The notes beneath the pieces were generated by a model. The model worked only from the letters and a program-made list of their open reading frames with translations, searched no databases and was not told the origin of the DNA. Both the position numbers and the translations under genes were made by a program. A DNA stretch of 64,000 bases from Dehalococcoidia bacterium (GTDB lineage Bacteria; Chloroflexota; Dehalococcoidia; Bin125): contig CAXXNO010000004.1 in the NCBI GenBank assembly GCA_963663235.2, positions 224,001 through 288,000 of the forward strand, read 5' to 3'. The stretch's first letter is position 1, and every line of letters starts with the position of its first letter. This document shows positions 9,717-17,849 of the stretch, one piece after another.

Positions 9717-9837
9717 GACTTCACCGTGCCCGAGGAGACCCGCCTCACGCTCGACGGCCTGCGCGCCTTCGTGCGCGCCGAGGTGGAGCCGCGTGAGGAG
9801 CAACTGCGCGACGTGCTGGACGATCCGCGCCGCCGGC
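9717..9837 (+). pseudogene. Possible N-terminal remnant of an acyl-CoA dehydrogenase
   Basis: DFTVPEETRLTLDGLRAFVRAEVEPREEQLRDVLDDP resembles ACAD N-termini and stops resembling them where the convergent gene ends. Confidence 0.45.
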
Positions 9838-11060
9838 CTACGAGCCGGTCGCGTCCTCGGGGGGCATCGGCGATCCCGATGCGTCGCTATCGGTCTCCGC
9901 TCCGTCCGCCTCCGCCGGGGGGGGGGGAGGGGGGGGCGCCCACCCCGGGAGATCACGGCGTAGGGGTCGGGTTGGTCCTTGACGGCCTCGACGAACTGGA
10001 TGATGTCGGACGTCGCCGTGTACTGGCGGTAGGTGGAGAGCGCGACACGAACCGGGGGGTCGCGATCGGTGTAGTAGCCGTACTGGTCGATGCGGCCGGC
10101 GAGCGCGGGGAAGGCGAGCTGCATGAGTGCGCTCACGCCGGTCTCCTCAGCGTAGTTGTCCGCCAGTTGGTCGAAGGGCCCGTCGTAATAGTCGTTCCGG
10201 CGGACGTTCAGCAGGCGCACGCCGGCAAACACCTTCCGGCCGAGTGAATCCTCCCAGAACGCAAAGCCGCTCCGCCGGCCGATGAGGAGCTCCTCACCGA
10301 ATGCGTCGAGGACGTCGGGCACGTCGCGCTCCTCGTTGAGCACCCAGATGAAGTAGTTGTCCTGCTCGTTGAAGAGGAGATAGAACTCATAGCCCGATTC
10401 ATCGAAGGTCCGCTGCACGAACCGTTCGTCCGGAAGGAGGAACAAGGCGTCGGGCAGCGTCTGGTCAAGCGGATGGAGATGGAAGATCACGCGCTTGGCT
10501 TTGAACTCCACGGTGTACGTGAGCGGATCCCGCTCCGTCACGAGGACCCCGTCCTCCTCCGAGAAGAAGCGCGAACCGCTGAGGCTCTGGCTGCCGAAGG
10601 TGGGAAACTCGATGAACTCAAAATACCCGAACGAGAGCACGCCCTCCTCCCGCTGCCCGGCGGCGAGACGGATGTTCCCCCAGATCTCGCGGCCCTGGAC
10701 GTCCAAAATGAAGTAGTAGTAGTTCTCCGAGGGGTAGACGATCACCTCGTCCGGGAGCCCGGCGAATACGGTGGCGAAGACGCTCGCGGGCTGCTCCAGA
10801 TCGACGCCGTCGGCGCGGAACCCTTCGACCAGCACTTGATTGAACGTCAGGTAGGCGCCGGGGGCGGCGCTCACATCGCTGCCCTCGGGCGGTGGCGCTG
10901 CCTGGGGGGCAGACGCCGAATCGACGGTGGTCGCGGTTTCGGCGGCCGGGGCGGAGGGCGCATCGGGAGTGTCTTCGTCCTGACCCGACGAACAGGCGAC
11001 GGTGAAGGCGGCCACGAGCGGCAGGAGGAGCCCGAGCACATAAAGCGGGCGCAGGTTCAC
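9838..11060 (-). CDS. Lipoprotein of unknown function; frameshift in poly-G tract near the 3' end
   Basis: Lipobox FTVAC and an aromatic-rich body. Adding 1 nt in the G11-A-G8 tract gives ...PAEADGAETDSDASGSPMPPEDATGS-stop at 9838. Confidence 0.75.
9917..9936. repeat. Homopolymer tract G11-A-G8
   Basis: Read directly from the sequence. Confidence 0.9.
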
Positions 11061-11301
11061 GGAAGCACACCTCCCTCCAGATGCCGGTGTGCGGCGACCG
11101 CCCGCAGCGCCGACGGGATCGGCGACCAGCCGGGATCACCGCCTTGCCCCCCCGACCGAGCTCGACATCAGAGCGCCGGGCCTGCGCGGTTAGGATAGCC
11201 ACGAAGCCTCCTTGAAGTATCTCCGATGCGGCTGCTGGAGTAGAATCGCGCCGCATCCGACTCGGCACGGCATCCAGACCGGGCCGCGGGGCGGGTGAGG
11301 G

Positions 11302-13326
11302 TTGGAGTGTCCGATACGTCGTCGCCTCCTTATTCTCGGCCTGCTGGTTCTTGGACTGTCCGCCATCGCCGGAACGGTCATCGTCACGCAGCAGTCCGGC
11401 GATAGCGTCCACGCGGGTCCGGGCGGCCCCGGTCCCGGTCCCGGCGGCGGCTGCCCGGCGGGGGTGGCGATCGACGGGGGAGGGGGATGCCCCGACGGCG
11501 GCCTGATCTGCCCGGCAAGCACCGGCGGGGGAGGGGGATGCCCCCCCGACGACGGCGTGATCTGCCCGGCGGGGGTCACGCTCAAAGGGGAATGCCCCAG
11601 TGGTCGTGACGGCGGCGGTTGCCCCCCGTTGCGGACCGGCGGCCAGTTCGCCGTCCCTGGTCCCAACGCCGATCCCCCGCTCGGGGTGGTCAAACCGGAC
11701 GGACTCGGCGGCGGCTGCCCCGACGGCGGTGTGATCTGCGTCGCCGGGGATAGCGGAGGGCCTCCCGGTCCCGTCTGCCATGACGCGGCGCTAAGCGGGA
11801 TCCACGATGCGGCTCTGAGCGCCACCCATGATGCGGTGGCGAGCGCCCTCCACGACCCGACTGGCAGCGCTCTTCACGATCCGGGTCTCAGCCTGGTCCA
11901 CGACGCTGTGGTGAGCTCTACGCACGACCCGGTCCTCAGCGTCATGCACGATCCCGCACTCAGCCTGATCCACGATGCGGTCCTCAGCGCGGCCGGCCCG
12001 GTCTGCGGGGGAGACCTCGTCGTGCTAGGAGAAGTCGACGGCGGGGGCAGGCTCCCCAGCTGCGACATACACGGGGGCCTTTTGAGCGACCTGCATCTCC
12101 CGGACGCGAGCCTGGAGCACGATCCAGCCCTCAGTCTCGTCCATGACCCGGCACTGACGGGCAGCGGCCACAGTCCGCTCCTCAGTGGCGGGCACGATCC
12201 GGCAATCACCGCCATCCATGCGCCCTTCTCCACCGCACTCCACGACCCGGTTCTCACCGCCGTGCACGACCCGACCTCGACCGCCGGCCACGACCCCGTA
12301 GCGAGCGATCTGCACGGTGCGGTGATCAGTGGTGCGCACCTGCCGGAGTTCAGCCTGGTGCACGAGCCGCTCCTCAGCGCCACGCACGATCCCGACTTGA
12401 GCCTGGTGCACGATCCGGCTCTCACCGCCGCGGGCCCGCTCTGCGCGGCAGGCGTCCCGGCCTGCCATGACCCGGTGGTCAGCCCGCTCCTCGGGCTCCA
12501 TGACCCGGCCCTCACTGCCCTCCACGACCCGGCGCTGAGTGCTTTGCACGATCCTGGGATCAGTACGCTCCACGATCCGGGGGTGAGCGTTCTCCACGAC
12601 CCCGTCCCCAGTAGTGTCCACTTCCCGCTCGTCAGCGGTGGACATGCCCCTGTAGACAGCGCCATCCACAATCCCGTCGCGAGCGCCATCGGGGGCGACC
12701 CCCCAGTCGTCGACTTGTGCGCTCTCTTCGGCTTTTGCCTTGGGCCCGCAGCCGCGTCCTTCGCGGACACCCTGCCGGCCGGGCTGCACAGCGCACAGCT
12801 CGGGGGCTGCGACGCTGCGCAGCTCGCGGACGCGGAATACAGCGTGACCACGCTCGACGACGCGACCTCACTGGAACTGGGCTACGGCATCGGTGGGCAA
12901 CTGGCGACACTGGACGCCTGCGTGCAAGTCTTGCTCCCGGCCGACTTCACCTTCACCGACGGCTGGCAAGCGCCGCCGCAGGGCGCCGTATTCGATTTGG
13001 ACGAGAGCCTGGAGGGGTTGGAACTCGCGGCCATCGGCTCCGTGCTTCCAGCCAGTCTCGAAGACTGGAGCCTCGACTTCTTCCTGCCGGTTGATTCCGG
13101 CGAGGTCCTTGCCTTGGTCACGGGCGGGCAGTTCCTGTTCTGGCAGTTCGGGCCGGCGAACGCGGCCGATGTGTTCGGCACGGTCAAGATCGCCTGGCTG
13201 TTCGATCCCGTGGCGATCAGCTGGATCTCGTTCATTCCCGCGTTGGGCATCACCGACTTTGCGCTCGACGCCGGCGCCGTGCTGTGGATCGTGTCGGAGA
13301 CCGATCAGGAGATCGCCATCGGCTAG
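11302..13326 (+). CDS. Secreted Cys/Gly-rich protein with His-Asp-Pro octapeptide repeats and a C-terminal Trp-rich module
   Basis: Signal peptide ending VHA; 33 H-x4-[ST]-x2 type units; C-terminal module 44/64 identical to the one in 8160-9710. Confidence 0.85.
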   Translation: MECPIRRRLLILGLLVLGLSAIAGTVIVTQQSGDSVHAGPGGPGPGPGGGCPAGVAIDGGGGCPDGGLICPASTGGGGGCPPDDGVICPAGVTLKGECPSGRDGGGCPPLRTGGQFAVPGPNADPPLGVVKPDGLGGGCPDGGVICVAGDSGGPPGPVCHDAALSGIHDAALSATHDAVASALHDPTGSALHDPGLSLVHDAVVSSTHDPVLSVMHDPALSLIHDAVLSAAGPVCGGDLVVLGEVDGGGRLPSCDIHGGLLSDLHLPDASLEHDPALSLVHDPALTGSGHSPLLSGGHDPAITAIHAPFSTALHDPVLTAVHDPTSTAGHDPVASDLHGAVISGAHLPEFSLVHEPLLSATHDPDLSLVHDPALTAAGPLCAAGVPACHDPVVSPLLGLHDPALTALHDPALSALHDPGISTLHDPGVSVLHDPVPSSVHFPLVSGGHAPVDSAIHNPVASAIGGDPPVVDLCALFGFCLGPAAASFADTLPAGLHSAQLGGCDAAQLADAEYSVTTLDDATSLELGYGIGGQLATLDACVQVLLPADFTFTDGWQAPPQGAVFDLDESLEGLELAAIGSVLPASLEDWSLDFFLPVDSGEVLALVTGGQFLFWQFGPANAADVFGTVKIAWLFDPVAISWISFIPALGITDFALDAGAVLWIVSETDQEIAIG

Positions 13327-13429
13327 CGAGGCCCGATTCGTCACCGCGGCTGCCACGCGTCCGGCCAGCCTCGTGCTGCGCGACGGAGCGGCGATGGGCA
13401 GCAGCAGCTCGTTGCAGACGCCGCCTGCC

Positions 13430-15667
13430 TCACGTCGCGGCGGCGGTCAGGCGGATGAAGAAGGCGTCGCCGTTGGCGAGCGTCTCCAACGTGTTACCGA
13501 CGGGTGCGCCGCGGCGCCAGGTGTCGTAGCCGACGCCGTTCCAGCGGAAGACGGCGTCCGCGGCGTCGAGGCCTGCGAGGGCGGCCTCGATGTCCATGGC
13601 CGGGCCGGTCCACATCGCCAGGTTGAGCCCGGCGAGGAGGGCGACGGATCGGGCGTCGTTGAAGGCGGGCTGCTCCCAGGTCGCTGCCTGGTCCATGACG
13701 ATCCAGAAGGCGTCGCCGGTGTTCACGTCGGTCAGGCCCTGCACCGCCGCGGGCAGGCCGGGGATGAAGGAGACGTAGCCCTGGGCGGCGGCGTCCCAGC
13801 CCAGGATCTGGCTGAAGAGGCCGGCGATGGAGGCCGTGGCGTCGAGGATGGCGGTGTCGCCGGTCCAGCCGACGAGGTTGAGGCCGGGGACCAGGCTCAC
13901 GCTGCGGGTCTGGGCCACCACCTCCATCACCTGATCCGGCGTGCCGAGGAAGCCGTAGAGGGCGCCGGTGGGGGCGGCGAAGGGGCTGCTCTTGTGGAGG
14001 CGGGCCGTGACCACGAGGTCGGGGAGGCCGTCCAGGTTGATGCCGGCGACGTCCAGGTCGCCGCCGAAGAGCTCGCCCGGGGGCCCCACGTAGGCGCGGG
14101 TCGCCAGTTGCGCGAGGGTGCCGGACTCAAGCGGGCCTTCGACGACGTAGACCACGCCGGCCTCGTCGCTGACGCCGGCCTGCGCGGCCTGGACGTCGGC
14201 ACTGTCGGCGCCGGGGACGCCGATGAGCAGGTCGAGCGCGCCGTCGAGGTTGACGTCGGCCAATTCGAGCGCCAGGCCGCGGTGCCCGTTGGGGATGCCG
14301 GAGATGCGCGCGGCCCAGGGCTGGGCCTCGTCAATTTGCTCGTCCGCGCCTTGCGGGCCGAAGGGGAGCACCGCGTCGATCAGCCAGACGGAGGAATCGC
14401 CGGCGCCAGCGGCGGCGCCGACAGCGACGCAGGCGCCGGCGCAGAAGCCGCTGCGGCCTTGCCCGCTCACGGCGAGCGTGCCGCCGAAGGCGGGGTCATC
14501 GGCGCGGACGGTGCGGACAGGGGCGGGATCGAAGGGCGTCTCCACCCCGCCGGAGCGGACCAGCATCTCCACACGGCCGCCGGCGCCGTCCGCGCCGGGA
14601 ATCCCCACGATGATCACGCGGCGCGTGACGAACAGCGCCTCGCCGAAGGCGGGCTCAGCGCCCGGTTCCCAGATCGTGATCGGGACGTGCGAGGGCACCG
14701 GGACTTGCTGCACCGAAAGGGAATCCAGGGGCGTGAGGGCATCAGGGTGATCCGCGGGAGCGGGGGAGACTTGCGTATCAACTGGAGTGAGAGGGCGCTG
14801 GCCGGGGCCTAAGCGGCCGAAGGGTAGGTCGTCCGACGTGGGGTCGTCGTCCGGCGTGGGGTCGCCGCCAAAGGGGTTGTTGCCGTCCGACGAGATGTCG
14901 TCGCCAAAGGTGTCGTCGATACCGCTGTCGTCGCCGGGGACGCCCGGCAGGGGGTCAAAGAAGTCGTCATCAGGTTCGGCATCCGGAGCCAGATCGCACG
15001 CCCCGAAGAAGACGCCGAAGCCGGGGTTCGTCTCGCAGATGTCCGGATCCAACTGCCCCAGATCGACAAGCTCGGCCCCGCGCTCCGTGAGGACGAATGT
15101 GGGACCAGCAGAGGTGTTCGCCGTTCGCGCGACCCGAACCTGGGCGCTGGTCGGAGGGACGGCGAACACGATGTTCAGAATCCCGTCTCCGTCGAGGTCG
15201 AAGATCTGCGGATTGCGGTCAAGGGAGCCGAAAGCGCGGCCAACCAGAGAAACGGCGGCCACCCTCGACCAGGGGCGGCCGTCCAGCCGGGTGCAGTCGG
15301 GCGCACCGCCGACCTGGGGGCATAGGACCGCGAACGACTCACCGGCGCCGACGGGGAGCGTGTCGGCAAGGGGGTCCGTGATGAAGAAGGCGGCCTGTCC
15401 CGCCGCCGGGCTGACGCCCGCGAGGACGTTGACGGGAAAGAGCAGGGGCGCATCGAAGTCACCGGCCTCGCGTACGTCCAGGACGGGACCGCCGAGGAGA
15501 AGGAAGTCGGCGTCGGCGGCGTCGATGACGTTGAGGCCGGTGATCTGAGCGACTTCCGTCGCCGCGTGTGGTCCCGCCGCGCGGGACGGGGCGGGGTTCG
15601 CGGTCAGACCAGCGCTCAGAACGATGGCCACCATGACGGCAGCGAAGAGCAGTCTTGTCCGGGACAT
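13430..15667 (-). CDS. Secreted FG-GAP (integrin-alpha-like) repeat protein with two C-terminal Trp-rich modules
   Basis: Signal peptide; DLDGDG, DVNLDGALDLLIGVPG..AGVVYVV and GINLDGLPDLVV; two LxxGLNLxxWTG units; GGAGG RBS. Confidence 0.85.
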   Translation of the reverse strand: MSRTRLLFAAVMVAIVLSAGLTANPAPSRAAGPHAATEVAQITGLNVIDAADADFLLLGGPVLDVREAGDFDAPLLFPVNVLAGVSPAAGQAAFFITDPLADTLPVGAGESFAVLCPQVGGAPDCTRLDGRPWSRVAAVSLVGRAFGSLDRNPQIFDLDGDGILNIVFAVPPTSAQVRVARTANTSAGPTFVLTERGAELVDLGQLDPDICETNPGFGVFFGACDLAPDAEPDDDFFDPLPGVPGDDSGIDDTFGDDISSDGNNPFGGDPTPDDDPTSDDLPFGRLGPGQRPLTPVDTQVSPAPADHPDALTPLDSLSVQQVPVPSHVPITIWEPGAEPAFGEALFVTRRVIIVGIPGADGAGGRVEMLVRSGGVETPFDPAPVRTVRADDPAFGGTLAVSGQGRSGFCAGACVAVGAAAGAGDSSVWLIDAVLPFGPQGADEQIDEAQPWAARISGIPNGHRGLALELADVNLDGALDLLIGVPGADSADVQAAQAGVSDEAGVVYVVEGPLESGTLAQLATRAYVGPPGELFGGDLDVAGINLDGLPDLVVTARLHKSSPFAAPTGALYGFLGTPDQVMEVVAQTRSVSLVPGLNLVGWTGDTAILDATASIAGLFSQILGWDAAAQGYVSFIPGLPAAVQGLTDVNTGDAFWIVMDQAATWEQPAFNDARSVALLAGLNLAMWTGPAMDIEAALAGLDAADAVFRWNGVGYDTWRRGAPVGNTLETLANGDAFFIRLTAAAT

Positions 15668-15790
15668 GCGCGCCTCCGTTTCCGCAGGGCGCAAGGGCTA
15701 GTCGTCGGGGCGCGGGGCGTCAACGCGGCGGCACGTGCGGCGATACGGTCCGCGTCGCGCTCGATGCAGCGCAAGCGTCGATCTGAAGGG

Positions 15791-15888
15791 TGGCGGGAGC
15801 GCGTGGGAGTCGAACCCACCCAGGACGGCGTGGACCGCCCCGCAACGGTTTTGAAGACCGCGAGAGCCACCGGGCCCCCTCCGCTCCC
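15791..15888 (-). tRNA. selC: tRNA-Sec (anticodon UCA)
   Basis: GGGAGCGG...GGTCTTCAAAACC..., long variable arm, GTGGGTTCGACTCCCAC T-arm and GCCA end; 98 nt. Confidence 0.93.
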
Positions 15889-15977
15889 TCGCAAGCGCTG
15901 CCAGGATAAAGCGCGGCGCACGCCTCCGCTGTACCGCTCTGGGCGCGGCCGACGATCAGGGCCGGGGTCTGGGTGGG

Positions 15978-16304
15978 CTAGACGAGCGCGTCGTCCAGGC
16001 GCTTCTTGAGATCGCCCTTGGGCCGGAAGCCGACGATCTGCCCTACCTGCTCGCCGTTCTTGAAGACGAGCAGCGTGGGGATGCTGCGGATGCCGTACTG
16101 GGTGGCAATCTTGGGGTTCTCGTCCGTGTTGAGTTTGTAGAAGGCGACGCGCCCGTCGTACTCCGTGGCCAGTTCCTCAACGACAGGGGCCACCATGCGA
16201 CAGGGACCACACCAGGGCGCCCAGAAATCCACGAGGACGGGAACCGCGCTATCCAGCACATCTACTTTGAACGTGTCGTCCGTGACTTCCGCGGGCTTGG
16301 TCAT
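15978..16304 (-). CDS. trxA: Thioredoxin
   Basis: WAPWCGPC active site; 108 aa. Confidence 0.97.
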   Translation of the reverse strand: MTKPAEVTDDTFKVDVLDSAVPVLVDFWAPWCGPCRMVAPVVEELATEYDGRVAFYKLNTDENPKIATQYGIRSIPTLLVFKNGEQVGQIVGFRPKGDLKKRLDDALV

Positions 16305-16360
16305 CTCGGGTGATCCCCTTTCCCGGCTAGTTTAGTAATCGACCATAGGATCGGTCGACT

Positions 16361-16412
16361 TTGACAACTTCGTTATTAGTAAATACGTTATTAGTATACC
16401 CCGTGGGGGTAT
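16361..16412 (+). promoter_or_regulatory. csoR promoter and CsoR-type operator
   Basis: TTGACA 16361-16366, 17-nt spacer, TACGTT; palindrome ATACCCC-GTG-GGGGTAT at 16396-16412. Confidence 0.75.
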
Positions 16413-16480
16413 CTGATCCGGCGGCGCTCCGCCGCCCTGTTACCTGAGCGACAGAAGCAGGGACCGAGTGAGGAGGGCCC

Positions 16481-16741
16481 ATGGCGAGCAACCCCGTGCA
16501 GACCCGCCTCCGCCGGATTGAGGGGCAAGTGCAGGGCGTGCAGCGGATGCTGGACGCGGACCGCTCTTGCGACGAGGTGCTCACCCAACTGCTGGCGGTC
16601 CGGGCCGGGCTGGAGCAGGTGTCCGTGCTGGTAGGCGAGAAGCACCTGCGGGAGTGCGTCCTGGACGGCCTGGACCCCGAGGACCCGCGGATTCCGGCCG
16701 TCCTAGAGATGCTGCGGCTGTGCGTCCGCTGCGGCCCCTAG
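16481..16741 (+). CDS. CsoR/RcnR family metal-sensing repressor
   Basis: RLRRIEGQVQGVQRM..C..VLTQL..HLREC; C-H-C fingerprint; extra C-terminal CVRC. Confidence 0.92.
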   Translation: MASNPVQTRLRRIEGQVQGVQRMLDADRSCDEVLTQLLAVRAGLEQVSVLVGEKHLRECVLDGLDPEDPRIPAVLEMLRLCVRCGP

Positions 16742-17823
16742 GACGAACGACGCACCGGCGCGTCGGGTGAGCCCCAGGCCTGGGCGGGGTCCGGGGAGCG
16801 CCCGGATCCGGCGGCGGGCTGGGGGCGCCGGTCGGGGGGCGCGTCTCGCAGCACCTCGGCGATGGCATCGACGAAACCGGACTCGCTCACGCTGCGGGCG
16901 AGCCGCAGTCCGCTGACCACGGCTTCGGCGTCGGCGCGGCCGTGGCCGATGATCACGACGCCGTCGACGCCGAACAAGGGGGCGCCGCCGATCCGCTGAT
17001 AGTTCAAGCGCCCCTTCATCTGCCGGAAGACGTCTCGCAGCAACCAAGCGGCGAGCATGTAGCGGCGCTTGCTGCGCACGGCCTGGCGCAGCTCGCCGGT
17101 GATGAGATTCGTGATCGCCTCAGAGACCTTGATGGCCACATTGCCCGCAAATCCATCGCTGACGACGATGTCGGCGACGCCCTCGACCAACTCCTTCCCC
17201 TCCACGTTGCCGATGAAGTTGGGCTCGCGCTGCGACAGCAACTCGTAGGCCTGGAGCGTGAGGTGGTTGCCCTTGGACTGTTCCTGGCCGACGTTGAGCA
17301 AGCCCACGCTGGGGTTGCCGTGGTGCAACACGCGCTCGAAGTAGGCCTTTCCCATGGTGGCGAACTGCGAGAGAAACGCCGGGCGGCAGTCCACGTTTGC
17401 GCCGACGTCCAAGAGCAAGGTGCGGGATCCGCGAGCGTTGATGAAGAGGACGCCCAAGGCGGGGCGGTCGACGCCGGGAATGCGGCCCAAAGTCCGCAAA
17501 CTCGCGGCCGTCACCGCGCCGGTGTTGCCGAACGAAAGAAAGGCCTGCGCCTCCCCGCGCTTGACCGCCTGCAGCCCGACGATGATGGAGGAGCGCGGCT
17601 TGCGTCGCAGGGAGGCCACCGCCGACTCATCCATGGCCACGGCGTCCGGGGCATCGACGAAACGGACGTTGGAGGGAAGCGTGGGCGCCAGAGGGCGCAA
17701 CTCATCGACGCGGCCGATGAGGAGCACCTCCAAGCCGGGATCGGCGGCGGCGAGGAGCGCGCCCTGGACCGTGGCCTTGGGCGCGTTGTCGCCGCCCATG
17801 GCATCAAGCGCGATGATGGTCAT
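16738..17823 (-). CDS. plsX: Phosphate acyltransferase PlsX
   Basis: IALDAMGGDNAP, GNTGA, LLLDVGANVD and DGFAGNVAIK. Confidence 0.95.
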   Translation of the reverse strand: MTIIALDAMGGDNAPKATVQGALLAAADPGLEVLLIGRVDELRPLAPTLPSNVRFVDAPDAVAMDESAVASLRRKPRSSIIVGLQAVKRGEAQAFLSFGNTGAVTAASLRTLGRIPGVDRPALGVLFINARGSRTLLLDVGANVDCRPAFLSQFATMGKAYFERVLHHGNPSVGLLNVGQEQSKGNHLTLQAYELLSQREPNFIGNVEGKELVEGVADIVVSDGFAGNVAIKVSEAITNLITGELRQAVRSKRRYMLAAWLLRDVFRQMKGRLNYQRIGGAPLFGVDGVVIIGHGRADAEAVVSGLRLARSVSESGFVDAIAEVLRDAPPDRRPQPAAGSGRSPDPAQAWGSPDAPVRRSS

Positions 17824-17849
17824 CGGCACTCCCTCCCGGCGACCTGCGA

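Noticed and set aside
8745-9837. C-terminal ~360 aa of the 771-aa minus-strand ORF
   Set aside because: Arises only from the poly-G frameshift and overlaps the plus-strand gene antisense.
11779-12690. His-repeat protein as a multiheme cytochrome c substrate of CcsA
   Set aside because: No CxxCH motifs.
4560-15790. Active genomic island or prophage at selC
   Set aside because: I saw no integrase, transposase or duplicated tRNA 3' end, and composition looks similar to the flanks.
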